In this document: positions 1 through 9,063 of the stretch, piece after piece
Layout of the letters: each line of letters begins with the position of its first letter
Numbering within the stretch: position 1 is the stretch's first letter
Assembly: GCA_016187125.1 (NCBI GenBank)
Contig: JACPKF010000007.1
Location: 835-64,834, forward strand
Direction: 5' to 3'
DNA length: 64,000 bases
Source: Candidatus Saccharimonadota bacterium
Lineage (GTDB): Bacteria; Patescibacteriota; Saccharimonadia; Saccharimonadales; UBA10212
Translations under genes and position numbers: made by a program
Notes under the pieces: model-generated
Told to the model about the DNA's origin: nothing
What the model saw: only the letters and a program-made list of their open reading frames with translations
Database searches by the model: none

Positions 1-18
1 CTCAAGCAGTGGGAGCGG

Positions 19-378
19 TTGGAAAATTACTTTGTCAAAAAACCATTTATCGATAACAAATCAATCAGCGGTGAAGTGCCGGCCATGATCCCTAAAAAAC
101 GGCTGATTGATAGCTGGCGAAAAGAAATTGGCAGCTATTTTTACTCAACCCGACATTTTATAAGGCGCCTGGCCGTAAGGATGCTTAATTCGCGCCGAGC
201 TAAAGTCAGTACTTTGGTTGAGCACGTCCACTATGTGGCTGATCGCGGTGACCGGTATGCCTGGACGGTTCGTGGCACGATTGACTACATTTTAGTTAAG
301 ACCGCGACTGACACCTGGAAAATCTCTCAGATGATATTTAAGGTTACTGACCAAGCCGTGAGGCCTATTAGTGCTTAA
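19..378 (+). CDS. SnoaL/NTF2-like fold protein, possibly 5' truncated by the window edge
   Basis: ORF; HFI..L motif and C-terminal LVKT..TWKIS typical of SnoaL-like proteins. Confidence 0.45.
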   Translation: MENYFVKKPFIDNKSISGEVPAMIPKKRLIDSWRKEIGSYFYSTRHFIRRLAVRMLNSRRAKVSTLVEHVHYVADRGDRYAWTVRGTIDYILVKTATDTWKISQMIFKVTDQAVRPISA

Positions 379-797
379 CGTATTAGGCTTTCTTCGCTAA
401 CGCCTTCAGCGACCAGATAGTTATAAAGAACCTCTCTGTCGGCTTCGTTTAAAATATATCTTTTGCCTTTATTATCTATTACCTCCCGCGTAGCATGGGC
501 TTGATAAGCCCAGTATCTACGGACAAACGTGGATACATCCTTGGGATGGATTCCAAAACTATCATAGTTTCTGAAATCCCCATAAAATTCTATATCTCTG
601 CCGAGATTTGGGTAGCCTTCTATCGCCCCATCTAGGTATCTGATAGCATACTGCGATTGTTGGTCCATTAAGACTGTAGCTATTCCATCAATACCGACAA
701 ATCCATCTGGGCCTAAGTCAAATTGTCTGCCTAGCTCATCGGTGTAGTGGTGGCCCCCTTCGGCTAATTTAAACTGCATAATTTTCAAACTATACAT
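375..797 (-). CDS. hypothetical protein
   Basis: 140-aa ORF, no recognised motif. Confidence 0.55.
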   Translation of the reverse strand: MYSLKIMQFKLAEGGHHYTDELGRQFDLGPDGFVGIDGIATVLMDQQSQYAIRYLDGAIEGYPNLGRDIEFYGDFRNYDSFGIHPKDVSTFVRRYWAYQAHATREVIDNKGKRYILNEADREVLYNYLVAEGVSEESLIR

Positions 798-872
798 TAA
801 AAATTAGCCTCTGTCAAAGATGAGCGTCTGAGCAAGTCTGCGTTACAATAAAGCAATAAAGGTGGGTACGAT

Positions 873-1541
873 TTGAACATACTGATTGTCTATGCGCACC
901 ATGAACCGTCGTCTTTTGTGGCGGCTATGAAGAACACCGCTATTGAGATTTTGTCCAGGGAAGGGCATAGTGTTGTAGTTAGTGACTTGTATGGACAAGG
1001 CTTTAGCGCGGTTGCCCAAAAGTGGGATTTTGTAACAACTTCAGGCAACCACTTTAACTATATGTTCGAGCAAAAACACGCCGCTAAGTTAGATTTAGCC
1101 TTTTCGCCTGATATTTTAAGCGAGATTCAGAAATTACAAACCGCCGATCTGGTGTTATTTGTATCACCGATATGGTGGTTTAGCGTCCCGGCAATCTTGA
1201 AAGGCTGGTTTGATCGGGTGCTGGCCATGGGCGTAGCTTGGGACGGTGGCAAAATTTATGAAAAAGGCCTACTGCGGGGCAAGCAAGCGATGCTGATAGT
1301 GGCTGGTGGCGGACCGACCGAGTATTACCAAGAAAGTGGTCGGCACAAAGCCACAGCGGTGCAAATTCTGCATCCCATCAACCACGGCACGCTGGCTTTT
1401 TGTGGCTTTGACGTCCATGATCCGTTTGTCGCCCTCAATGTTTTAGGCCTAAGCGATCAAGGCAGACTCAAACTTCTAACGGACCTGCAGTATAGGTTGC
1501 AGCATATGCTGGATAGCCCCAACTGGTTAATCCGATATTAA
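873..1541 (+). CDS. NAD(P)H dehydrogenase (quinone), flavodoxin-like fold (MdaB/KefF-like)
   Basis: ILIVYAH..P.SF, SDLY, PIWWFSVPAILKGWFDRV motifs. Confidence 0.9.
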   Translation: MNILIVYAHHEPSSFVAAMKNTAIEILSREGHSVVVSDLYGQGFSAVAQKWDFVTTSGNHFNYMFEQKHAAKLDLAFSPDILSEIQKLQTADLVLFVSPIWWFSVPAILKGWFDRVLAMGVAWDGGKIYEKGLLRGKQAMLIVAGGGPTEYYQESGRHKATAVQILHPINHGTLAFCGFDVHDPFVALNVLGLSDQGRLKLLTDLQYRLQHMLDSPNWLIRY

Positions 1542-1543
1542 AT

Positions 1544-2010
1544 AACAGATTAGAATATGTAAATAGATTCAGCGGGCCTACTTCGCCGTAGTAGCGCTTG
1601 GGCTACGATCCATTCTCCGTAGTACTACGAAGGATGAAAGGCTGAATCGCTGAATCTATTCCTAACCCTAAGTACTTGTCCGAACCAGCTTGCTACAAGG
1701 ATAATCCTTGTAGCACTCTTGTAGCACTAACCTACTTTTCCAAAGTAGCAAACTATCCTACTTTTTGGTCCGTCAATCCGCCAGCTGGCGGAGCCGCAAA
1801 ACTCCCGGGATATTCGCAAAGCTAGATTGAGTCTAGTTGCAGACAAAAGCCGCACCAAAACAACTCCCTATGGTCGGTCTCGTTCTATTATCGGCGGAGG
1901 AACTCGACTCAGTTTTGGCTGGACTCGACTTTTGCCTGCCTAGCCTCATCTGTTTGCTCGAGTCCCGCAATTAAAAAAGGGTCCGCTCAGGGCTCAGCAG
2001 ATGCCCGGAC
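1544..2010. repeat. cluster of nested palindromic elements (families A, E, M, I, G, C)
   Basis: aatagattcagcg..cgctgaatctatt interrupted by gcctacttcgccgtag..; tgctacaaggataatccttgtagca; aatccgccagctggcgga; family C element 1802-2010. Confidence 0.8.
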
Positions 2011-2355
2011 CTACTTGTACTTACTGAGAAGTTCGTCTAGTTTTACTAGGATAGGGGAGCGCCAATCAAATTCAAGCTGTGTTCTTATAAACCGTACGAA
2101 CTCTTTATCTGTAGCCGATAAATTTTGTTTCTCTAACTGATGAATTTTACTAAGTATTTCGTAGTCTGTATCTGCGGCTAGGACATATTGATTAGCTTCT
2201 TCCGACGAAACTTCATTGCTTGCTTGAAGTTTTGACTTACGTTCTTTAAGAAGTTTTTGATATTCTCGATCATTTTCAAGTGCCTCGCGTAATTTATCAC
2301 CACTTAAGCCTTGATTAACGTAATAATTTTGCACTTGTTGGAGTGACTTAGACAT
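2011..2355 (-). CDS. hypothetical protein
   Basis: 114-aa ORF, AT-rich. Confidence 0.6.
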   Translation of the reverse strand: MSKSLQQVQNYYVNQGLSGDKLREALENDREYQKLLKERKSKLQASNEVSSEEANQYVLAADTDYEILSKIHQLEKQNLSATDKEFVRFIRTQLEFDWRSPILVKLDELLSKYK

Positions 2356-2365
2356 GTCTCAATCA

Positions 2366-2520
2366 TAGCAAATTCATCTGTCTGCTCCGGATCACAGCCT
2401 GAGCGGAGTAGCCCCGCCCATCTCGATAAGCGGGGTTATGGAGCTTCAAGTTTTAGTGCTCGGGTTTTTACTAATGCTTGCCGTGTAGTGAGCTTTGCTC
2501 TACTACTGCGGCCCGGACCT
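2366..2520. repeat. right half of a family C element with nested F/B/K hairpins
   Basis: tagcaaattcatctg..gcccggacct matches 29882-29915 and 1942-2012. Confidence 0.7.
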
Positions 2521-2522
2521 GC

Positions 2523-3059
2523 TTAGCCGCTTTTTGTAATAGAAAGGGTTATTGAATTAGGAAGAGAGCCGAAAAGCTTGCCGGGCACAAGTAACTTTGA
2601 CTTCTTTATCCCACTACCGATTACCACTTTCTCTGTTTCTAGCACCGCAGTATCTACTAACAAAGACCAGTCAGCGGGTAGGCCGATCGGTGTAATACCG
2701 CCGAACTCCATTCTTGTTAGCAAGACGGCTTTATTCGTGGGTGCAAAAGAGGCTTTTCGCGCCTCCAAATGCCTGCGGATTATACCGTTAATATCGGCTC
2801 TAGCGGTTGCTAAAATCAGGCAGGCCGCGTACCACACTTTATCTGCCCGCTTTGCTTCAACTATTACGCAATTAGCCGATACTTCCATGTTTATATTGTA
2901 ATGCTTGCAGAAGGCTGCTGTATCTGTTAACTGAGGATTTATTTCTGCTACCAGTACATCAGTAAGATTATTTGTTTTGGTACTTTCATTAACCGAGCTT
3001 GCAATTAAATCTAATCGTTCCTCAACAGGAACGAACTCTAATTTACCAAGTTTCATCAT
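2523..3059 (-). CDS. YbaK/EbsC family aminoacyl-tRNA deacylase-like protein
   Basis: DTAAFC, SANCV, GGITPIGLP, IGSG motifs. Confidence 0.85.
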   Translation of the reverse strand: MMKLGKLEFVPVEERLDLIASSVNESTKTNNLTDVLVAEINPQLTDTAAFCKHYNINMEVSANCVIVEAKRADKVWYAACLILATARADINGIIRRHLEARKASFAPTNKAVLLTRMEFGGITPIGLPADWSLLVDTAVLETEKVVIGSGIKKSKLLVPGKLFGSLPNSITLSITKSG

Positions 3060-3274
3060 TACTCCTTAAATTTAAAATACTCCGATTTGATCGGATTTAA
3101 CTCAGACAGTCGGGGTAATTAGAATCCTTTAAATGTTGCCATGTTTATTAACATATTAGCAAAGCCTACTGTTTTTGGAAGGCGGTCCGGAGGCGGAGGA
3201 TTTCACCCAGCATTTTGTTAGGATTTTCATTTTGTAATAATCAGCCCGCAATAGCTAACCTATTGCCAGTAAAC

Positions 3275-3856
3275 TTACTTGGCGCGGGCAGCGCTAAGGG
3301 CGTCGCTGTACCACCTCAACTCCTCTAGCAGACTGTGCAGCGCTGCAGCCGGCCCGTAAGGCTGGGCTTTAACCTCTTCGCTTAGCTCTCCTTCCTCGTT
3401 AAGTTTTTCAGCAGCTGCGCTAAGTGCGACTTGGCGCGGTGTTATTGCCGCGCCCGACTCACTCAAAACTTCCTTTAAGTGGACAATCGCCCGGGCTCCG
3501 CCAACGGAGCCTTGCGACACCACGGTTGCCGGTTTCTTAGTAAGTTCTACGGTTATATAATCCAGAGCGTTTTTTAAGACTCCCGGGATTGAGTGGTTAT
3601 ATTCCGGCGTGACAAAAACGTAAGCCTCGCCCTCGGCAATTTTATCCATCCATTTTTGGACTACAACGCTTGGTTTTCTCTCGGGGTTGTAGCGTGGACT
3701 TTTGGGTTCGTCAAAAAGGGGCATAGGGTAGTCTTTGAGGTCAACTAAGTCTACTTTGGTACCAGGCAGGTTGGCAGCTTCTTTGGCCACCCATTTAGCA
3801 ACTCGCTCGCTTACACGTCCAGGGCGTGTGCTGCCGATAACTACTATTAGTTTCAT
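3275..3856 (-). CDS. NADPH-dependent FMN reductase
   Basis: GSTRPGR and TPEYNHSIPGVLKNALD motifs. Confidence 0.92.
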   Translation of the reverse strand: MKLIVVIGSTRPGRVSERVAKWVAKEAANLPGTKVDLVDLKDYPMPLFDEPKSPRYNPERKPSVVVQKWMDKIAEGEAYVFVTPEYNHSIPGVLKNALDYITVELTKKPATVVSQGSVGGARAIVHLKEVLSESGAAITPRQVALSAAAEKLNEEGELSEEVKAQPYGPAAALHSLLEELRWYSDALSAARAK

Positions 3857-3869
3857 AAAATCCTTTCGA

Positions 3870-4157
3870 TTACAGTTTATTTACGTTAATGCCGCTACGC
3901 AGCAGCAGGGCTTTATTCAAAGTATAGTTTTTGGCTGCACCGGCCTTCGATTCTATAATTACTCCGGATTCAACCAGTCGTTGAAAATGATGGCTGAGCG
4001 TCGGCTGGCTGAGGATGCTTTTTTGGCACAGTGCCTCGCCGCTGGTGCCGGCAGGGCAGGCGGCTAATTTGCGCACCATCGAAAGGCGCGTTGGGTCGGC
4101 CAAGGCCTTCAAAACTTTAATTGTACCGCTTTGTTTGGGGGCCATTACTTGATTCAT
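3870..4157 (-). CDS. ArsR/SmtB family transcriptional regulator
   Basis: KALADPTRL, LSQPTLSHH..L..SG; start moved to the Met at 4157. Confidence 0.88.
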   Translation of the reverse strand: MNQVMAPKQSGTIKVLKALADPTRLSMVRKLAACPAGTSGEALCQKSILSQPTLSHHFQRLVESGVIIESKAGAAKNYTLNKALLLRSGINVNKL

Positions 4158-4333
4158 TACTCTTACACTACTTACTCTACTTACTTTATATAAACATGTC
4201 AATATTTAAATATAGAAATGTTTCAATGAAATGAAGGAAGCTGTAGAAGTGTGTGCAAAAGTGAGAATGAAGAGAGGCAGAAAGTGAATACGATGCGGGG
4301 AGGGTGAGTTGAAACTGAGATATAATTCAAGAT

Positions 4334-5005
4334 ATGAGTTTAAGCGGGGTGGAAAAGAGATACTTGCAGATGCTGGGACTGCTCAGCGGGCTATGCCTGA
4401 GCTTATTTAGCCTTAGGCTGCTGGCAACGGGTGTGTCGCGCTACTGGTTTGTACCGGAAAACTTGCTGCTGGCCTGGTTGGCACTAATTTTTGGCTGGCT
4501 TTTGATGAGGCAGCTGGACCGTAGCGGTTGGCGCAACTGGCGGGCTCTTGTTTTAACTGGGTTTTGGCTACTATTCTTACCGAATGCTTGGTACGTCATG
4601 ACCGATTTTATCCATGTCTTTGACAGCGGGGAGATAAGCTATATTTATGATATTGCCATGATCAGCACGCTGACACTAACCGGTTTTTTGCTGGGCTTTA
4701 CCAGTTTATTTATGGTACATCGACAAATGCTCAGGCGTATGGGCTATTTATCGGGCTTTGTGGTGATAGAAATAGTCATATTGCTGGCCAGCTTTGCTAT
4801 TTATCTAGGCCGCGATCTCCGCTGGAACACCTGGGATATCCTAACTAACCCCAGCGGCTTGATCTTAAGCATTACCGACCGGCTGATAAATCCCTTTGGT
4901 TTTCCGCGAGCGGTGAACGTTACGGCCATTTTCTTTGTAGTTATCAGTATTATGTACCTAGCTATCTGGCTGTTCCTTAAGCCAGTCGCAACCAGAAAGA
5001 CCTAA
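4334..5005 (+). CDS. DUF1361-like membrane protein
   Basis: NL.LAW, WLLFLPNA.Y..TDFIH, IYLGR.LRWN.WD motifs. Confidence 0.8.
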   Translation: MSLSGVEKRYLQMLGLLSGLCLSLFSLRLLATGVSRYWFVPENLLLAWLALIFGWLLMRQLDRSGWRNWRALVLTGFWLLFLPNAWYVMTDFIHVFDSGEISYIYDIAMISTLTLTGFLLGFTSLFMVHRQMLRRMGYLSGFVVIEIVILLASFAIYLGRDLRWNTWDILTNPSGLILSITDRLINPFGFPRAVNVTAIFFVVISIMYLAIWLFLKPVATRKT

Positions 5006-5021
5006 CTGGTATGATATCTCC

Positions 5022-6755
5022 ATGGACGAGTTAAAGGAGGTAGTCAAAAAAGCCTCCAAAGATCTTTTTGGTGTTGATATTGAACCGGAACTGGCGCGGC
5101 CGGAAGAGCAGTTTGGCGATTACAGCACCAACGTGGCTTTGCAATTGGCCGCCCAACTAGATAATCCACCAGCAGGCGGACCTCGCGAAATCGCCGAGCA
5201 ACTAAGCAAAAGTGTGATAGGTTTAACCTATCACATTAAAAAGGTTAAGGTGGCTGGGCCAGGATTTATTAATTTTTGGTTGGCTGACAGTGTCTTGTTG
5301 GACGAGCTTAGTAAAGTAGACTCCAGTTATGGCAAAAACCAGCTTCACGCTGGCAAAACGGTAGTTGCTGAATATTCCGATCCAAATCCGTTTAAAGTTC
5401 TGCATGTAGGACATTTATATACCAGCGTGGTTGGTGACAGCATTGCCAAATTATTTGAAGCCGCTGGTGCCAATGTCCACCGTGTCAATTTTGGCGGCGA
5501 TGTTGGCCTTCATGTTGCCAAAACCATGTGGGCGATTATAGGTAAGTTAGAAGGAGAACATCCCGAAAAACTGGCAAAAATACCGGCCGAGAAACGCGCC
5601 GACTGGTTGGCCAAAGAATATGTCACAGGCAGTCTTGCGTATGGGGATGACAAGAGGATTGATGATGAAATCGAAGAACTGAACAAGCGAATTTATCAGA
5701 TACAAAATGACCAGGATAAAACTTCTGAGCTAGCCCGGATTTATTGGACTACTCGGCAGTGGAGCTACGACTATTTTGATGAATTTTATAAGCGTATTGG
5801 CTCAGGCTTTGAGAAATATTATCCAGAAAGTGCCACAGTTGAGCCTGGAATGAAAATAGTTAAAGCCAACATTGGCAAAGTTTTTGAAAAATCAGACGGT
5901 GCGGTTGTTTTTAAGGGCGAAGTCCACAACATGCATACTCGAGTATTCATAAATAGCCAAGGGCTGCCGACTTACGAGACTAAAGATGTTGGGCTAATCC
6001 TCAAAAAGTGGGAAGATTACCATTTTGATCGCTCGGTTGTAATTACGGCCAATGAAATCTATGAGTATATGCAGGTGGTTTTGAAAGCAGTTGAGCAGTT
6101 TGCACCCGATCTGGTTCAGAAAACTACTCATATTACGCATGGCTTAGTAAAGCTGGCTGCTGAAAGTCCTGAGCAAGGTCGAAGGAGCGGCACAAAAATG
6201 AGCAGCCGCAGTGGCAACATTATTGGGGCTGAGGAGGTGTTGGATGCGGCCATGACCGCTAATAAACAGATTAACCAGCAAGAAAATGCCGATACGGCTC
6301 TTGGTGCTGTCAAATATGCCTTTTTGAAAAATCGCATCGGCGCCGATATTATTTTTGACCCGGCCGAATCAGTCAGTCTGCAAGGTAACAGCGGGCCGTA
6401 TCTTCAATATGCGCTTGTTCGCGCAAAAAGTATTTTGCGCAAGTCCTCAGTCCCTAGTCCTCAGTCCCTAGCTAAAGACTCTCAGCTCACAGCTCTGAAC
6501 TCTTCCGAGCGATCTCTCGCTAGGAAGCTCGGTGAATACCCGGAAGTGGTTGAAAAAGCCGTAACCGAATTGATGCCGCATCATGTCTGTACCTATTTAT
6601 ATGAGCTGGCACAGATTTTTAATCGGTTTTATGAAAGTAATCACGTGATTGGCGATCCTCGGGAAAGTTTGCGCCTAAAACTTGTTCAAGCCTATGCCCA
6701 AGTTTTAAAAAATGGCCTGGGGTTGCTCAACATTCCAGCGCCAGAAAGGATGTAG
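5022..6755 (+). CDS. argS: arginine--tRNA ligase (with in-frame repeat insertions)
   Basis: FGDYSTN, GPGFINF, EYSDPN..K.LHVGH (HIGH), KMSSR, DALR-type C-terminus. Confidence 0.97.
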   Translation: MDELKEVVKKASKDLFGVDIEPELARPEEQFGDYSTNVALQLAAQLDNPPAGGPREIAEQLSKSVIGLTYHIKKVKVAGPGFINFWLADSVLLDELSKVDSSYGKNQLHAGKTVVAEYSDPNPFKVLHVGHLYTSVVGDSIAKLFEAAGANVHRVNFGGDVGLHVAKTMWAIIGKLEGEHPEKLAKIPAEKRADWLAKEYVTGSLAYGDDKRIDDEIEELNKRIYQIQNDQDKTSELARIYWTTRQWSYDYFDEFYKRIGSGFEKYYPESATVEPGMKIVKANIGKVFEKSDGAVVFKGEVHNMHTRVFINSQGLPTYETKDVGLILKKWEDYHFDRSVVITANEIYEYMQVVLKAVEQFAPDLVQKTTHITHGLVKLAAESPEQGRRSGTKMSSRSGNIIGAEEVLDAAMTANKQINQQENADTALGAVKYAFLKNRIGADIIFDPAESVSLQGNSGPYLQYALVRAKSILRKSSVPSPQSLAKDSQLTALNSSERSLARKLGEYPEVVEKAVTELMPHHVCTYLYELAQIFNRFYESNHVIGDPRESLRLKLVQAYAQVLKNGLGLLNIPAPERM

Positions 6756-6883
6756 CACCCGCCGAAACTTTTTATCAGTAAATGTCGCGTGGGTCATACA
6801 AAGTAGCTGATTTTCATTTCGTTAAAGACAATAAGTAGTGAGAGAATCAATCCATAAGACGATAAAAAGTTTAGGAGGGTAAA

Positions 6884-7300
6884 ATGGCAAAGAAGTTTAG
6901 GGATGAAGAGTTAAAGAAAAAACTTACGCTGGAGCAGTACCATATCCTGCGCGAAAAGGGGACAGAGGCTCCATTTACCGGCAAATATCTCGACCACAAA
7001 GAAGCCGGCATGTACACCTGCGCTGTCTGCGGCGCGGAACTTTTCAGCTCAAAATCTAAGTTTGAGTCCACGGCTCCGGGTCTGGCCGGTTGGCCAAGCT
7101 TCAGTGAGGCGACTAGTAACAAAGCTTTGGAACTAAAAGAGGATAATAGCAATGACCTGAACAGGATAGAAGTTACATGTGCTAACTGCGGCAGCCACTT
7201 GGGACATCTCTTCAAGGATGCACCCGACCATCCCTCCGGCAGGCACTTTTGCATTAACTCTGCCTGTCTGGGATTTGCGCCGACTGAAGATAAAAAATGA
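6884..7300 (+). CDS. msrB: peptide-methionine (R)-S-oxide reductase
   Basis: GTEAPFTG, CxxC, GWPSF, HLGHLF, RHFCINS. Confidence 0.95.
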   Translation: MAKKFRDEELKKKLTLEQYHILREKGTEAPFTGKYLDHKEAGMYTCAVCGAELFSSKSKFESTAPGLAGWPSFSEATSNKALELKEDNSNDLNRIEVTCANCGSHLGHLFKDAPDHPSGRHFCINSACLGFAPTEDKK

Positions 7301-7570
7301 AGCCTCCACGGGTTTACCCCACGCACCAGAAGGCCACCGACTCCTGTCGGTGGATGATAGTTGGCGCATTGGCCTTCGGTGCGGGGTTTCGCACCGTAAT
7401 CTGGGAAGCCGCCAACTCCTGTTGGCGGTGCTTCACACCCGTGGTATCCTTCATTTCTTCGGCGGAATCCGCCGAAGCACCCTCCTTCGCTTTCCAAGCT
7501 TCGGAGGGTCCACCGTTTGCCTTCATCCATGGGCTTAGGCCCATGGTCTTTGTGCGAATGCGGATAAGCA
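7297..7570 (+). mobile_element. composite nested hairpin element (MITE-like) downstream of msrB
   Basis: ccacggg..cccgtgg arms enclosing ccccacgcacc..ggtgcgggg, ccaccgac..gtcggtgg, ccgccaac..gttggcgg; then cttcggcggaatccgccgaag and ccatgggcttaggcccatgg. Confidence 0.7.
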
Positions 7571-7639
7571 TAAAGAGGTTGCTAATAAGTAGGCTTAGGC
7601 GTACATTTACAGTATAAGTATTAAGGAGGGGCGAAGGTC

Positions 7640-7867
7640 ATGAACGAGTTCAATAAAATGTTAAAAAACCAAACAGTTAATAATCTTGCCACGGCTTTTA
7701 TTTTTGGGGGAGCCACGCTAGGCTTCTTTACTAGCGTTGGTAACACGCTCTTTGGTAGTCTATTTAGTACTGGTGCTACTTGGGAATGGAAGCCATTTTT
7801 TACTGAACTAGTCGTCTATGTAGTCCTCATCGGCATCGCTTGGTGGGTCAATTTACAAGCCCGATAA
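7640..7867 (+). CDS. small membrane protein (two hydrophobic helices)
   Basis: ORF with aaggagg upstream; two TM segments. Confidence 0.65.
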   Translation: MNEFNKMLKNQTVNNLATAFIFGGATLGFFTSVGNTLFGSLFSTGATWEWKPFFTELVVYVVLIGIAWWVNLQAR

Positions 7868-7946
7868 GAAATTTGCGCTGTAACTGGAGCCCTTGACTTC
7901 TTCGATAGAAGGCAGTTAGTCAACGACATTTGTTAAAATTGGCTAT

Positions 7947-8282
7947 ATGACGCATAAGCAGGTGGAAAAATATATATTGAGTATGCCTGGCGCTGAGCTA
8001 GATTATCCGTTTGGCGAAGACGTGGCGGTATATAAAGTCGGTCCGGCAGCTGCCGGTAAAATGTTCGCGCTAATTGCTGAAAATAAAGAACCAGTCCAAC
8101 TAAGTCTAAAATGCGATCCGCTGCTGGCCGAAACCCTGCGTGCCAAATATGAAACCGTTCTGCCGGGCTATCACTTAAATAAAAAACACTGGAACACAAT
8201 TTTACTCACTGGCCAGCTTTCCTGGGACGAAATTGAGGACTTAATCCGTCATAGCTACAACCTCGTCGCAGACTCGAAGTAG
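7947..8282 (+). CDS. MmcQ/YjbR family DNA-binding protein
   Basis: YPFG, KMFALI, LKCDP, PGYHLNKKHWNT. Confidence 0.92.
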   Translation: MTHKQVEKYILSMPGAELDYPFGEDVAVYKVGPAAAGKMFALIAENKEPVQLSLKCDPLLAETLRAKYETVLPGYHLNKKHWNTILLTGQLSWDEIEDLIRHSYNLVADSK

Positions 8283-8290
8283 CTTGTTGT

Positions 8291-8334
8291 AAGTACCCCA
8301 CTTTTGGTCCGATCGGACCAAAAGTGGGGTACTT
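8291..8334. repeat. 44-bp perfect palindrome (family I, tccgatcgga core) between convergent genes; may act as a terminator
   Basis: aagtaccccacttttggtccga|tcggaccaaaagtggggtactt. Confidence 0.85.
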
Positions 8335-8346
8335 TAGTATCTTAAT

Positions 8347-8955
8347 CTATTTGAATTGGGGCGCTGATAGAATTTGCTGAGTGCTGCTATAAGCCTCTTT
8401 TAAGGTCACGCCTAAATCCTTAGGGGCGCTAGCGTAAGCATTGTTAAGAGCCGAACTATAGTCCGCTAAATTTGTTTTTAGGTAGTTCAAGTAGGTTTTG
8501 TCATAATTGTTATTTTGCGACGCGGCTTGCAACTCGTCATCAGTAGATTTATTATGCCTAGCGTTTAATTTTTTAGGATCGGTCTTTATTTTATGAGCTT
8601 TTAAATATTTGGCTATTTCCTGCTTCTCGCTACTTAAAGAGTCGCCGGTAGTTAGAGCTAGAGCTTTAGTGTCGTCGGCCGTAGCTTGCTGACGGGCAAG
8701 CGTACTGACACGGGAAATCTCCTGAGCTCGAGCCATAATATCAATTAACTGAGCACTATTACTTACCCGTTTGCCAAAAAGGAGCGAAAATAGCAGAATA
8801 CCTATAATTAAAACTAAAGACACTCCAGCTATCAGCACGGCCGGTTTTGGTAAGCCAGACCAAGGGAAATGCCGGGGAGGTTTAGGCGAATCTTTTAAAA
8901 TAAAATCAAATTGCCCAGGAGCGGGGGAAGCTGGCTGCGTGTTTTGAGATGACAT
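8347..8955 (-). CDS. membrane-anchored helical hypothetical protein
   Basis: one N-terminal TM segment followed by a helical domain. Confidence 0.7.
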   Translation of the reverse strand: MSSQNTQPASPAPGQFDFILKDSPKPPRHFPWSGLPKPAVLIAGVSLVLIIGILLFSLLFGKRVSNSAQLIDIMARAQEISRVSTLARQQATADDTKALALTTGDSLSSEKQEIAKYLKAHKIKTDPKKLNARHNKSTDDELQAASQNNNYDKTYLNYLKTNLADYSSALNNAYASAPKDLGVTLKEAYSSTQQILSAPQFK

Positions 8956-9063
8956 AAGCACTATTGTAACAGGGGATTAGTGCTTGTAGGTAGGTCGAAA
9001 ATAATACCGATATCAATGCTGCTTAAGCTGTACGCTGAACCCTTCACGCTGTACGCTATTTAT

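Noticed and set aside
1544..2520. CRISPR array or tRNA/tmRNA in the hairpin-rich spacers
   Set aside because: No constant repeat with regular spacers and no cloverleaf or T-loop consensus; the hairpins match dispersed repeat families instead
6871..7571. Minus-strand ORFs of 219 aa and 85 aa over msrB and the adjacent element
   Set aside because: Shadow ORFs of msrB and a GC-rich palindromic element; no protein features
7874..7900. Possible decayed msrB C-terminal duplicate (CAVTGALDF vs CINSACLGF)
   Set aside because: Only 3 of 9 residues match; cannot be separated from chance
8980..9063. N-terminal extensions given by the ORF track for dnaG (also pheA 13029, HAD 24597, 30088, 56349, 58824)
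   Set aside because: The extensions run through promoter or repeat DNA; downstream starts match the family N-termini
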